Positions 25,435 to 39,212 of a DNA stretch of 64,000 nucleotides are shown here, piece after piece. The notes below the pieces were generated by a model, which did no database searches, was not told the origin of the DNA, and worked only from the letters and a program-made list of their open reading frames with translations. Source of the DNA: Lama glama (Eukaryota); contig CM052817.1 in assembly GCA_028534125.1 (NCBI GenBank), positions 42,224,001 to 42,288,000 of the forward strand. The letters run 5' to 3'. The stretch's first letter is position 1. Each line of letters begins with the position of its first letter. The translations under genes and the position numbers were made by a program.

Positions 25435-26404
25435 TCTGTGTATGTAAAGTTTCTGTAGTTATTTTCGTTGTTTTCTGAAAAACAAATGAAATGATAAAGA
25501 TTCTAGGTGGTATTTTGGTGGTGTCTCTTTTGGTTAATTTGCAGCCTACCATCTGCTATATAAATATTTTGTGTGGTTATCCCCTCTTACATTCAGATGC
25601 AAAATTAGAAATCAAAGGATACTTTAGTTGATCATGTATACTTGATTCTTAATCTTTTCCTAAAAATTTCTGAAATTAATGGATGTTTTATGGTCTGTGC
25701 TGCTCTGAGAATTATTTTTAAAGTTATTTTTAATAGATTTATTAAAACTGAAAGGCTACTAATAACCAATATCTTTGGAAATTGATTTGTTTGGAGATAG
25801 TTTCCATCTACTCTATGGTAATCTCTCTCTTTTTTTTTCCATTGTGAAAATATCAGATTTTATAGGGAAATGATGACACACATTTCAAGATTTTTCTGAT
25901 CAGCTAAACCAAGTATATTTTGCTAGCACTCCCTACTATTTCTGAAAACTACCTTCTCTCTTCAGTTATTTACAAATAACTGTCTACATAAAGATTGTTA
26001 GCTCTTTTTGTGCATAGGTTATTATGTATTGCAATTCAAATTCCATTTTTAAATGTTCTGATTAAATCCTACTACCACTGTTGCTTCAACATCAGAAAGC
26101 CTCTTAGCTTTGTTCAATCCTAGCATTTCCCAAAATGGATTCTAGGGAATCCTACTTCTGTAGGATATTGATAACGTTATGAAAAAAAAAAAAGATTCTG
26201 TGCTGATACAACTTGGACTTATTTTTGTTTTTTTACTACAAAAGCATCCAGAGCTTTAAAAATATGTTAATGTGCACAGTGCTTTTTAAAGAGCAATATC
26301 CTTTGCCACAGAGTTTCATGCCTTGGGAACAGCTGACTTTCTTATTTTGTAGATTAGAAAACAGAGGCACCAAGAATTTGCTTAACATTAGACCCACATA
26401 CTGC

Positions 26405-26472
26405 TTTTTTTTCTTTTTCTGATGTATAGTCAGTTACAATGTATCAGTTTCTGGTGTTCAGAATAATGTTCC
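26405..26472 (-). mobile_element. Very short antisense LINE-1 3' fragment
   Basis: T tail then gtatagtcagttacaatgtatcagtttctggtgttcagaataatgttcc, similar to the copy at 50762. Confidence 0.75.
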
Positions 26473-27667
26473 TAGACTAAACTACTTTTAAGACAATACC
26501 ATTCTAAGATGGATACTGACAGGTTCTTCCCACCCGACCCCAGCCTCTCTGTTAGCTCTTGGGATACATATGGCTCCCTCCTTGACTTCTGGGCTTAAAC
26601 GTCTTATTTGTTTTGAATGACGGTAAATGTATCTCTGAAAAGCTGCCTTATAAAGGCCCAAATTTCCATCCAGAGAGTGTATTGATTTATTTACAGTTAT
26701 TTTTGTTCTTCCTTGAAATATTTCCCTTAAAAAACAAACCAAAACACGAACAAAACATGATGACTGGGGATCCTGGAGAGTGGGATTTGGAAGAGACACC
26801 TTGTTCCCTTGGAAACTTTTATCTCTGAACTAAAAAAAAAATAAACACTCTTTGTTATGTGTGTTTGTGACTTTTGCAGTCTTATTTATTTGGAATTCAT
26901 TCTCTTAGTAAATAGATTTAAATGCTGATCATGGAGTATATACTGGTAAGTAAGTTGGACATGGGCCCTGCCTTTCTAGGGCTCACAGCAAAGAGAGAAA
27001 AGGCAAATTAAATAAATAATTGTTGTTCACCTCAAAAATAAGCAAATAATCAATACATAAATTGTGATAATGCTAAATATTAAAGTGTGGAGAACTATCC
27101 TTTGTACAGTAAGGAGGAGCATTTTCTAGCCAGTGGTTACAAGGAAGTCTTCAGAGGAAGTGGCTTAAGCTAAACTCTGATGAATAGGTACTTGGTAGGT
27201 GAAGGGGGTAGGAGGCAGAGCCCACAGCAGGTGCCTTAGGGCTGGAGGAGTTCGTCCTTAAGAAGTGAAAGAACACCAGTGTGGTTCTTGTGTGGGGAGT
27301 GGTTGAGCTGCCCTGAGAGATCTTCTGATAAGTGAATGCACTTATCTTGCATAGATGGGTATGCACCACTTGCTAACAAGAATCATTGTTTGTTTGTCAT
27401 CTCCTTGGTGATTTTTGAGATTCATCTTGTCCTATCATTTAAATATATAAAGTAAATAGTGTTCCATTATCAAAAAATCTGGGGAAATTCTGCATAAATT
27501 CTGCCTAGTGGTAATCATGCTTGTAACCAAAATAATCCTTCCCCAGAGACAAAAGATAGGTACCATATGGATGATCTGTACAATCTCAAATTGTAATTTT
27601 CCTTATTTTTTTTAGGGCCGAATTTAAAACATTTTGGAAGTTTTTCGTATTTATTATTGCCTGCCTT

Positions 27668-27806
27668 TTCTCCCCCCATTTTTAAAAATTGAAATATAGT
27701 TGATTTACAGTGTTGTATATTAGTGATTCAGTTATACATATAATATTAATTTTATATTCTTTTTCATTATAGGTTACTACAAGCCATTGAATATAGTTCC
27801 CTGTTG
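27668..27806 (-). mobile_element. Short antisense LINE-1 3' fragment with TSD
   Basis: L1 end motif ttgaaatatagttgatttacagtgttgt...ttgaatatagttccctgt, flanked by TTATTGCCTG(C/T)CTT at 27654-27667 and 27807-27820. Confidence 0.85.
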
Positions 27807-28095
27807 TTATTGCCTGTCTTAACATAATATATATAAAACATAATGTAAGGGAATTTAATACAAATAGGTTATGATATATTTATATATTATACAATATAAA
27901 TATAATAAAAGGGAATCAATACAAACAGGTTATAAGATAATTTTTTCAATTTAAAGAATTTAAAGGAATATGATGGAAATCAGGTTTGATATCATGATGC
28001 TTTCTGTATTATTTTCTGCTGTTTCCTTAAAAAATATGTCTTTGGGCTTTGTCCCTAAACTTCACTGCCTTGTTTTTGTTTTCTGCCTCTTCTAG

Positions 28096-28191
28096 TCTAA
28101 TGGGATTGCAGCCCTCATCGCGATTTTGGTGTTACTGCTACTCTTGGCCATCGGTTTAATGTGGTGGTTTTGGCCCCTTTGCTGCAAAGTG
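28096..28191 (+). CDS. ANTXR2: ANTXR2 coding exon (exon 12), transmembrane helix [32 protein letters not shown]
   Basis: Pyrimidine tract and AG at 28094-28095, GTGAGT donor at 28192, 96 bp, phase 0 to 0. A hydrophobic helix is followed by the ANTXR signature WWFWPLCC. Confidence 0.98.
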
Positions 28192-28764
28192 GTGAGTAAG
28201 AAGAATTTGCAACTCTACCCATTTTTTTTAAACCGCAAGGTGTAAAGTAAGACTTGAAACCTGAATCCGTGACACATGGTTCAACAACAGCAAAGTTTCA
28301 GTTAGCAAACTGAATTTTAATAATTTTTATCACTGTAATAAATTCTGGAAAACATGCATGCCAATAAGTGTTTATTATAAAACTTCATCTAAAAACACTT
28401 CACAGTCAGGTTTGGGGGAAGAAGTGGAGAAGAAGGTAGGAAAGGTTATAGGGATAAAGGGTTTTAATTTCAGGTAAATTGAATGATATGTTCTGCCAGA
28501 TTCATTGGGAGAGGTTGATAATCTGTCAGGTTTTTGTTTTTATTTTTCAGTGCTTAATGAATCTTTCATTACTCTTTTCATTACCTGAAATCTACTATTT
28601 CAGGATCTTCTCTGTCTGCCTCTCAGAAAAACATCCTATAAATAAGTCATGTGTAGGTGTTAGGGTACCCGTTAAACAGTCACTTTTGAAATTATGACAG
28701 TTGGTTTCAGGTTGTCATTTTTCACATTTGAGTAAAACCTCTGAAATAATATGGGTAGATAGAA

Positions 28765-29255
28765 ACTTTCTGTTACTACTGTAGCAAATTATCACACATC
28801 TGATGGCTTAAAGCAACACGAATTTGTTCTCTAACACTTACGTAATCACAAATCCAACATGGGTCTCACTGGGCTAAACTGGACTGAAAGGGTACATTCC
28901 TTTCTTAATGCTCTGGAGGAAAATCTGCCCTCTTGCCTTTTCCAGCTTCTAGAGGTGACCTCCATTCCTTGCCTCACGGGCCCCTTCCTCCACTTTTAAA
29001 GCAACATGGCATCTTTGTGATTATTTTGTAGTCACATGTCCCTCTGACTCTGAACCCATCTGGGAAAGGACCTCCAATGTTAAGGAACCATGTTATTAGG
29101 CTGGAGGCACCTGGATAATCCAGGATAAATGCCCATCTCAAGGTCCTTCACCTTAGTCACGTCTGCAAAGTCCCTTTGGCCTTGTAAGGTAACATATTCA
29201 CAGTTCCTGGGAATTAGGCTGTGGACATCTTTATGGGGCCATTATCTAACCTATT
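28765..29255 (-). mobile_element. MaLR (MLT1-type) solo LTR
   Basis: ggcttaaagcaacacgaatttgttctct...ctggataatccaggataa...aaggtaacatattcacagttcctgggaattagg...ggggccattat. Confidence 0.82.
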
Positions 29256-30924
29256 TTGGTAATATTTCTTGTCTTATCAAAACATTACACAGGACTTTAT
29301 ATTCTGTAGATCACGGTAGCATTTTACATAATATGAGGTGAGGGCCCTTTTTTTTCCCCTCACTGTTGCTGACTGATTTCAGCTTCCTTGCAACTTCAGG
29401 CAGTACTTTCTATTACCCCTGCATTTATTATTAATTGTTCTTCAGTCTGCTTTCATGAGACAGCTTTGTAATCCTTTATCTCAGGGCACTGGGCCCATGG
29501 ACGAGGCACAGAATTAACTTAGACAACAGTGGAGACAAGAAGCATCCTGTCTCTTTGCTGAACTAATCAGTTTCCTGCCACAGCAATTTATGCTCAAACG
29601 GTTTCCTGTTGTAATCTTGATTATCTTAGATATGGCGATTTTAGGCTACGTAGCATTCTTGAGTCTCAAATTAAAAAGAGAAAAGGTGTCTTAATGTGAT
29701 TTGTGCCTCTTATTTTTTAATTTAAATGTCACCGTGGTGGATTTCCTTCCTTCATTACTTTGCAGTTTCATTTAATGTTGACCAGAGGGCTCAAAAGTAT
29801 CAAAGTGTACAATTTCTAAAAGGACACTTGTGAAAACTGAAATGGGCTTCTTTGGGAGGTTGCTAGGTATGCTCAGATGAAGTCTCCACCCTCATATCTC
29901 ATGGTGTAGAGATACTCCATCATTAGGTGGTGAGAATAGATCCGTTCCATCCCTGGGACTCTGCAGATTGTGAATCACGTGGTTTATTTCTTTATGCAAA
30001 TCACTCAGGGACACCATCAGGGTGTGTTTTCAGGTGTCAGGTGGGCTTCCTATCCTCAGAAACATGAATGTTTACTAATTTCTGCAACTTATTTAATAGA
30101 GAGAAGCACCTTTATTTTACATTTAGAAATATATATTAAAGAGCAGCTAGCCCTGAGTATGAGCTTGTATGTAGACCTAGTGAGAAGTGAATCATAGCAA
30201 ATGTTTCCTAAGTAGGTTTAAAAGCAGGGAGAGGTAGAGGCAAAATTCTGCATTCAGCCCTTAGCAATCTAATATGGGCCAGTACAGTGCTAGGAACTGG
30301 TGGAACAAAACTGATTATCGTCTGAGGTGGAAACTCACACAGAACTGCAGGCAAAGTGTGAATGGTGGCTTATAAGTTCCCAAATAGCAACATGTGTAAA
30401 GAACACAAAGGAGGCGGGGTTTGCCAGAGTTTAGGGATATTTCAGAGAAACTGGACTGAGCTACAGACTCCAAACTGAGTTTTGAACAATGAATAAGACA
30501 TTGGCAGTTGGTGAAGGACATTTCCGATGAAATGTGTGGGGAATTATGAGCTATTCTGGCATGCTTTGGGAAGTCCTAGGCTGACTTCTAGTGTGCCAGG
30601 GAAAGGGAGAGGTGAAAGACGGTTTAGAATTTAGGCATGCACCGCACTAGGGAGGGCATCCTCTGTCTGAGGAAGTTTGAATTCACCTCAAGGTTGATGA
30701 GAAGCCACTGGAAAGGAGTGTACACTTTTGATCAATGTAATGCCCTGCAAAAAGCTTTGCTTGTTTTATGGTGGTGTTGATATCTGGTCTTGGGAGAGAT
30801 TAGGTCTTATTCAACTGAGTTCTTTCAACAGCTGAAGTGCAAAGCCAGCAACAGATAGTGCACTTTAGATATGACTGGAGGTAAATCTCTCCAAAAAAAG
30901 TGTAGAGAGTTGGAGTATAACATT

Positions 30925-31311
30925 TTTGGATATGATTAAGAATCTTGGAATAGGGATATTATCCAGGATGATCTAGGTGGGCTCCAAATGCTGTCATATG
31001 TGTGCTTATAGGAGGGAGGCAGAGGAGATTAGATTCCAGAAGGGCAGAAGGCAATGTGACCATGGAGGCAGAGATTGGAGTGATGCAGCTACTAGGCAGG
31101 GATTGTGGTCAGTCACCAGAAGTTGGAAGGGCCAGGAACAGATACACCCCCTGGAGACTGCAGAAGGAACCAGTTCTACTCACACCTATTTTTAGCCTTG
31201 TAAAACTCATTTTGGACTCCTGGCATCCAGAACTGCAAGAAAATTAATTTCTGTTGTTTTAACCCACTCAGTTTGTGATAATTTGTTACAACAGCAGTAA
31301 GAAACAGATAC
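30925..31311 (+). mobile_element. MaLR (MLT1-type) LTR, partial
   Basis: atgtgaccatggaggcagagattggagtgatgcag...aatttctgttgttttaacccactcagtttgtgataatttgttacaacagcagtaagaaacagataca, matching the MLT1 3' end. Confidence 0.85.
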
Positions 31312-31816
31312 ATTCCCTAAATGATTCTGATATTCTCCAGGTTTGGGAATCACTGCTTAGGGCTATTGATTTTGGCAATTAGTTTTCAAATCAGCTCATT
31401 ACAAAGATTGTTCGTGGAGTACAGGAGGTTGTAAGATGGGAGATAATGAAATAGTCTTCAAAATGTTTGCAGTGGAAAAAAAATTGTTTGCAGTGGTTCC
31501 ACAGTGATTAAAAACAATATGCATTCTTTAAAATTAGAATTACCATTCTGTTTTGTTTTGAGTAACTGTAAATATGCATATGCATATTGCTTTATACATT
31601 GAGTAGAATTTACTTACTGTTTCAGAGTGGCAAGGGTTTTGTAGAAGAAACAGGTTTCTAATTTTTAGGAGTATCCAAGGTGCATACGTTATTAGAACCT
31701 ATTGACAGCAAAGACCCAGGCATTCTGTATTATTTTCTCAGAGTGCTTGTTATTTGCTAGAAGAGGTCAGTACAATCCCATTCATATTCAGATACATATC
31801 ACTACTTCAAAATGAT

Positions 31817-32160
31817 GTCAGACAGAGAAATAGAAATACTGCATGTTTTCACTTTTATGTGGAATGTAAAAAACAAAACAAAAGAGCAAATATAACAAAG
31901 CAGAAACAGACTCATAGATATAGAGAACAAACCAGTGGTTGCCAGAGGGGAGGGGAGTAGAAAGATAGGTGAAATAAGTGAAGGGGATTAAGAGGTACAA
32001 ACTGCAAGTTCTAAAATAAATTAGACATGGGGATATAAAGTACAGCATAGAGAAAATAGTCAAGAATAGTGCAGTAACTGTGTGTGGTATAAAAATATTG
32101 AATCACTATGCTGCACACCTAAAACTAATGTAACATTGTAAATCAACTGTACTTCAAAAA
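31817..32160 (+). mobile_element. LINE-1 3'UTR fragment (older laurasiatherian-type)
   Basis: aacagactcatagatatagagaacaaaccagtggttgccagagggg...gtaaatcaactgtacttcaaaaa. Confidence 0.88.
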
Positions 32161-32284
32161 TTATGATAGTTTCTAGGCCTACTATTATGTTTCATTATAA
32201 TTATTGAATTAATAAAGAAGCAAAAAAAATATTTTTGAGTCACAGATTTGGTTTTTTTTTTAAACAGATTTGATTATTATATTT

Positions 32285-32410
32285 CAATACAATTGGGTTC
32301 CTCTAAATCCTGTGTATTTTAATATAGCTTCATTACTCTGGGAAGGGATTCATAGATTCACCAGATTGCCAGAGAAGGGCATAGAATATAAAAAGTTAGG
32401 GAAACTCCTG
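32285..32410. mobile_element. hAT-Charlie-type DNA transposon end fragment
   Basis: ctgggaagggattcatagattcaccagattgccagagaaggg...aaaaagttagggaaactcctg resembles a Charlie-family terminus. Subfamily not assigned. Confidence 0.5.
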
Positions 32411-35400
32411 TAATAGAATATATGGCCATCTAAGATGCTTTTAATATGAGACTATTTTTAAAAATTTAAATCTTTCAGTTCATTTTAATGAGTATTTTCA
32501 AGGATAAAAGAGAGAGATGATATCATTTAAAATGTTGCAAAACTGTGTCTTCTGTGTGCCTGGGCTTTCCATGACAAATAGAATCCAAACCAATGATATT
32601 TGGAGGACTTTATCTAGTAATAATAATAAAAGAACTCTTATGCGAAGCTGGAAGTCTTAGGCACTACCATTAGTGAATTACAGAGGGTGTTGAGTTTGCA
32701 AACTATTGCATAAGGGGAAAAGTTCTCGTTTTTGTATGAAGTTATTTCTCACCATCTGTTAAAGAGTCTGTATCCTGTGCATTGAGTATCCTTTACAACC
32801 ATCCATCCTTTACAACTGCTTTTCTATAACAAAGACATCAACAATATCCTTCCTTTTTCCTTAAATTAGAAAAGGGGCCAGGAGAGGTTAAAAAAATCAT
32901 ATATTGAATCATGTGTAAGATATCAGAAACTATGGATGTTTTCATCATGGTTTAGCTTAGAAGATATGTTGAGTTTATAGCAGATTTGTTTTACTGTCAA
33001 GATGGCAAAACTGACAGCCCTATAGTTGCATCATTTGGAGCAACCAGACACTCTGCAGAATTACAGATGTAAGGCTAATGAGGTGGCAAACAAAGGCTTT
33101 CTGGAGTGTTGTCAATTAGAGCGTGTTATACAGCTGCAAATAAGTATCTGAATATGCTGGAGATGATAAGTGTTCACTTTGCTCTAGTGTCCTTGGCCAA
33201 AGTTCTCCATCTGCAAGGCAAAATTGCAAGCTCATTTTTCTTTAGCGCATTTAAGACATTACATAAAGATCTCATAAATCTTAATTAAAAAAAATTTTAA
33301 AAAGTTATCTTTTTAAAGCCCACTTTGCTTATAAGTAAGTTGAGCTTTTGTGATGAGGATCTGTCTGACCGGAGCTGTACAGAATCATTTTCTTAGCCAG
33401 CAACAGCTGTGCTGTTCTTTCTAAATAGTAATAATGCTTCTACATTGCACTTGTTTTTTATTGTTGAGGAGTGCTCTTGGTGCCTTTATTGAGTTACTTT
33501 GAGAGCAGCCTGATTTGTTTGTTTTTTTTTGGAATGCACAATAAAACAGAAGTAATTTAAATTTTAAAATGCCTTCCTTGCACCATTAATTAAAATGATT
33601 TATGTTTGGTTGCCTCCTTGAAATAGAGTGTGGTGTTAGTACTCATTGCTTCCATGGTGATGTTTTCTAACAGAGCACCATTTACAAAACAGGGTTTCAT
33701 ACTCTTCTGGTCTTGGTTTATTTGCTTTGACAGCAGCACCTTTACTTAACTCCAGGAGAATACACTCTTACACTGTTCTTCCCAGTCCTCATTTGGCACT
33801 TTACATTATGCTTATTGTCTAGACTTCCCACAAGTTATTTATTTGTTCAAAGTAGACTCTTTGAACACTGATGAGTCTGTCAAGGAGGAAAGGAAAGGGA
33901 GGATGAGATAAGCCTGATCATATCTTGGTCTGAAAGTTGAAAGCATCTACCTTTGTGGGGTTCAGAAAAGGACTTCCCAAATACTAATGTCAGAGAACTT
34001 TGTGTTTATGCCCTTCGGAGGAAAGCACTACACTTGCTGTCTGATCTTATCAAAAAGAAAGGAAGAATGAAAGGAAGTCCCACATACATTTTAAATAAAT
34101 TTTTGTAAACACTAAGAATGATTTCTTATGGGTCTCTGGGCTCTCGGGCAGTCAGATGACATTGCTGATAAATTGGGCATTTGTTTTTGTCACTGGCAAG
34201 AATCAGTCCTGAAATACTACTTGATCTACAGTCGTTGTACAGTATCTTCCTTTTTTAAATCCAAGGCAGTTCACTGTTGACAGTTCTTTTCACTCTTTTC
34301 TGAATATCGGAACATATGATTGCATCAAGCTGGCTGCAGGCTCCCGTGCTGACATTTTCTAGCGCAAAGAATGCCCACATCACTCGAACATTTGAAAAGT
34401 GTTAATGAGCAGATCAAAAGGACTGTTGCCTGAAGCAGCTAACTTTTTTTTTTTTTTGAAGAAATCGGCTCTCCTCCAAACTGAAATCTTCATTCTAGCA
34501 GCTAAGGAGATGAGATGTAGTCCTCCCTGATGATGATAATAACAAATGAAAAAAAAAATTGGAGAAGACTCAAACTCTGCATATGGTTCATAAAGTGGTG
34601 AAAGTGTTTTCCAGAATCTTCAATACAGAGCTGAAGGATGCTAAGTGGAAAAAATCCTGGCAACTAGGCAATATTATGCCTTTTAAAATCTGCAAATTCT
34701 CATAAAATATGGTGCATATGAATACATCCTTTTCTGAGAGGAATGTGTTCTTGCACTATTTAATACAAGAATGGGATTCTCATGACTGTTGTTTTTAATG
34801 TATTTGGGCCAACAGTCAGGTTTCCTTTTCTCCTGCACTAGTTTTACTGAAACGTAGGGATATCAGTGGACACTGATTTTTGCCATTTTTGGCTTTTGGG
34901 CTGAATGACTTCAGATTATCAGATTATTTTCAGCCGCCTTTGTTACTTACGAGGCTGTATGGTAGATTGCAGAGAAGGAGCATTTTGAAATGTCACACAC
35001 ACACACAATTTATTTCCTGTTCCAACACTTCTAGGGCATGGATGTTGGGTGTATGAATCGGTGTATGAATATTATGTCCTTATAAAGTGGGGATGACAGC
35101 ATCTATCTCACAGAGTTACTATAAATACTGAACTATAGCTATCTGTTTATATCTATCTATCCATCCATCCATCCCAGCAAGTAACAAACTACTCAACAGG
35201 TCTTAAGCCTTTTCTCTTTCTCTTTTCTCTTTGTGATCCAAACCTTAATTTAAAAGAATGTCATGTGGCAGAAGAAGTTGAACTCAGAGTTTGGTGGTAG
35301 ATGGGCCTGGGTCTTGGATTTGCATCTTAATTCTAGTGTTTTCTCTTTGTGTATCCTTGGACAGGTTACTAAAGTTAGAGCCTCCCTCTTATATTTAGAA

Positions 35401-37649
35401 TGGAGATAAGCACACAGGATTATTATAAAAATGAGAGAACATAGAGTGTGTGGCGTATGTCAGCACCAATAAAGGGTGGTTATTGTTGATGGTATTAACA
35501 GCACACAGGTGAACCTCAGCTCTACTTCAGTTTCTTTAGGTTCTGTTGTTTGTTGTGGTGGTGGTTGTGTCTCTTAATCTACTAGATCAAAATTTGATTT
35601 ATGTAGAGTTTTAAGGTTCTGTTTTCATTGTTAACAACATAGAAAATATAGTTGCCAAGATTTAAAAATCAATTTAAATTTATAATAAGTCATGCATAAG
35701 ATTAATTACACATTATTGGAAAAATAAACCCTAATGTTCTTTTCTGGAATAAGGTGAATACAAATACATGTAGACATATGCCCTATTTAATTACATAAAG
35801 GCACAGAAGAAAAGAACCTAGTGGAACTATTGTGATATGTATTTTGTTGTATCAATCTATTAGAATTTTCATTTTGGAAAGGACCTACAATGAATCAAGT
35901 TTATTTCCCAGGTGAAGAAACTTAGTCTGGTCTTACGTTTTCCTATTTGCCTGTGAGTTCACATCTGCCTTTGAGTTCATTAGCTCTCTGACTTTATTGG
36001 TTAAAGAAGAAACTTGATATTTTGGTTTTTTTGGACCTAGAAATATTTTAGTTTCATGGAAATCTTTATTGGTTATCATTTATAGCTTTTTTTCTTAGTA
36101 TTTTCCTTATAAATTTAGAGGTTGGCTGTGAGCCTTTGTGAACATTCTCAGCTAATTCCTTTAGCTCACTTTCAATCTTATTTTTAGTGTCTGTTGTTTG
36201 CAGAGCACTTTATTAGGCACTGTGATATTTATAAAGAGGGAATAATGATTATTGCCCTTCAAAAATCTACACATTTGAGGGGTAATTGAAAAATTCCAAA
36301 ATAAACATATAAACCTAAGTTAATGAAGCATGAATGGTTCAACTGTGCAGCAATGCATATTTTTAGAAGTTTTAAACCTTCTAGATAAAGTGATAGAAAG
36401 TTGGTAGACTACTCTGTGAAGGCTGGATGGACTTAACATGGAAATGACCATTTTATTTGGGGTAGCATCTTCTGTCAGCTTGGAGTAAAGGAGCACATAC
36501 AGGGATGTTTGTAGATTGAACATTAAGGCAGAACTGTACCACACTAAGGCATTTGAACAATGAGAATACAAGAGGTGGCTCCTGTAGATGTACTGAAAAA
36601 GGACCTTTCCTTTTCCAGGTTGTGGCTTGTGATAATAAGGGTCTTTGATAAAGAGAAAGAATGCAAAGATGCCTCTCGTCATTCTGTTGTGAGTTCATCA
36701 GCAATGGTCATAGGAGGATTCTAAATTGAAATTCAATTTGTGTATATCAGTGCTCAAACTCAGTGTTATGCAGGATAATGAGCATGAGAAATACGACGTA
36801 AAAAAGGAAGTGTCATGAAAGGCGATGTTCAGTAATTCTCAGGAGAATATAGTGTCGAACAGGGTTGGGAATACTATTTAAGTCCTCAGGTAATAAGCAG
36901 GGTACATTTGAAACCCTCACAAGGAAATGAAAATGAGTTCCAATACATTATACTCAGACTTAGTGGAATGAAGGATGTCCCTTGGCCTTTGTCTAGTGAC
37001 AGAACTCTAGAGAGCACTTTATGGTAATTTGCAAAAGTGAGTGGAAGCATGATTTGTGTGGTTCTTCCCAAAATTCTGTTAATTCCTTGATTTCGGTTCT
37101 CACTGGAACAATTGGTCCATTTTGACTAGAGAAGTAATCCGTCAAGCTTCTGTTAGGAAGAATATTGACCTGGCTACATAGGCTAAAATGAAGGTTGGGG
37201 TAGAGATAGAGAAATATGCTAGATGTCTAACTTAACTACCAGTAAAGCATGTAGACATTGATGCCAAAAAAAGAAAACTATGTTAATTATAACTGGTATG
37301 CTATGATAATCAATTAATGTTATCACTATGTTATGAGTTAAAATGCATAGAATGAAGGTGGGGACCTCTGAGGGTGCAGCCATTTTGCCTGAGCACCATT
37401 CATCTAATTCTACTGGCTTAGCTGTGCTTAAAATGCCAGGATTAGTTCTGGAAACCGCTGTTTGAGATGTTGATCAAATGAATGTATGCTATGCTGAAGA
37501 AACTGATCGAAATGGCCCAACAATTCAGGCCATTATATAAAAAATGGTTATGATGTTTAGCTTCCGGGCGAGTAAGCTCAATAGATACATGGTTATTATC
37601 CCAGTACTCAAAAATAGGACCTGCTCTCTTCTGGAAGAAAAAACAGTTT

Positions 37650-37677
37650 TGTGTGTGTGTGTGTGTGTTTGTGTGTG
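37650..37677. repeat. Interrupted (TG)n microsatellite
   Basis: Read directly. Confidence 0.92.
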
Positions 37678-37994
37678 TTTCCACATTCTAGGATTGGGAC
37701 TAAAAAGTGGAAACTACAGAGAGGGAGGCTTTGGCTTCATTTGGGGGAAAATTTTTCAAGTGATGTGAGTTTCTTGCCAGTGGAATGAATTACTTTGTGA
37801 AGTAGTGAATTTCTCTTTATTGCAGGAATTCAAACATAGTTGGACTACATCTAGGTGGGAATTTTTCAGAATATTGAAGTTTTGGTTGAATGTGTGTTGG
37901 GGAAGTTGAAAAATATTGTACGAGATATTTTTAAAATCCAGAGAGTCTTAAGTTTATGATTTTAGGTAGTGATAGTGAGAGTGGAATTCAGAGT

Positions 37995-38151
37995 CCTTCC
38001 TTCTCTCCTTGATCTTCTTTCCCTCCTCCCTCTCTTCCTTCCTTCCTTCCTTCCTTCCTCCCTTTATCCTTTCTCCATCTTTTTTTCTTTCCCACCTTCC
38101 TCCTTTTCCTCTCTTCCTAACTTCCCTTTTTCCCTCCCTTTCTTCTTCCTT
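37995..38151. repeat. Polypyrimidine (CCTT/CT-rich) low-complexity tract
   Basis: About 155 bp that is almost exclusively C/T. Confidence 0.92.
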
Positions 38152-39167
38152 ACAAAATAGAAGATCTATTTTGTGTTAGACACTTTACTGGATACACTGA
38201 GGAGCAAAGCAGACATAAAACACATCCTCACAGAAGTTACAGATTTTTGGAGTTAGATAAAATGATCAATTGTGATCCATGCTAGGGGAGAACAAACAGG
38301 CATCTGTGCATATTGAGGGAGTCTGAACTGCATTGAGAAAATTGGGGGAAATCTTGGTGGGCCGAAGAGGAGAGGAAAAGATAGGAGACAGAGCAGGGGG
38401 AGTGGGGGGATTATGTCAAAGAATCTTTGGACAGCATAAATGATTGGGTGAAGTCATTTAAAAGTGAGAGGAAATGACAGATTATGAGACAATTCTAAGA
38501 CTTTAAAGAAAGTGATTTACTTGAAAGAAACAGGGAAGATAGGAAGAAGAGTTGGCTTTTAAATGCAGATGACTAGCAAGGTTTTGACTCTGTTGAGTGT
38601 GAAACATTGATAGATCTGGTTTTCATGGATTGCTTTTGGACATGTGGGTTGATAATGATATGAATGCTTCCTTTTTATAAAGGAAATGCACCTGTAGCTT
38701 GATCACCTTTATTTCATTTTACTGTAGTACTATTTTGAATCTTAATCCTCCCCTGGCTTTTATTTCTGGGCTGACTGTAAAAATTCACAAATGTCTATCC
38801 TTCAAAATTTTGAAGAAGAACTGGAATTGTATGTTTATTGATAAAAGAAAATTGAATTAAGTAAGAGGATTACAGAGAAATAACAGCATTTCTTATATCA
38901 AAAGTTTGAATGCTACCGGAATGAGTGAGTTTGAGATTCAGTTATATTAAATTATGGTCCATGTATATCTATTGTAGTTGTAATTACCATCTGGGTATTT
39001 TTCCCTGAGATTTTGATCTAAACTAAAATTTGAATGCTAAAAGTGGTCTACGTGAAGAAAATTATGTCATGTTTTTACTAACCTAATTATTTTTTACACA
39101 TTCTTACTGTCTCTTCCCTACATACTACTGAAGGTTTCACATTTGATTTTTTTTTTTTTTTGTACAG

Positions 39168-39212
39168 GTTATAAAGGATCCTCCTCCACCACCACCATCT
39201 GCACCACAAGAG
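39168..39212 (+). CDS. ANTXR2: ANTXR2 coding exon (exon 13), VIKDPPPPPPSAPQE
   Basis: Poly-T tract and CAG ending at 39167, GTAAAT donor at 39213, 45 bp, phase 0 to 0, proline-rich juxtamembrane segment. Confidence 0.97.

Noticed and set aside
36320..36704. Overlapping minus-strand ORFs of 120 and 83 aa
   Set aside because: No recognisable protein similarity; likely antisense to a decayed repeat.
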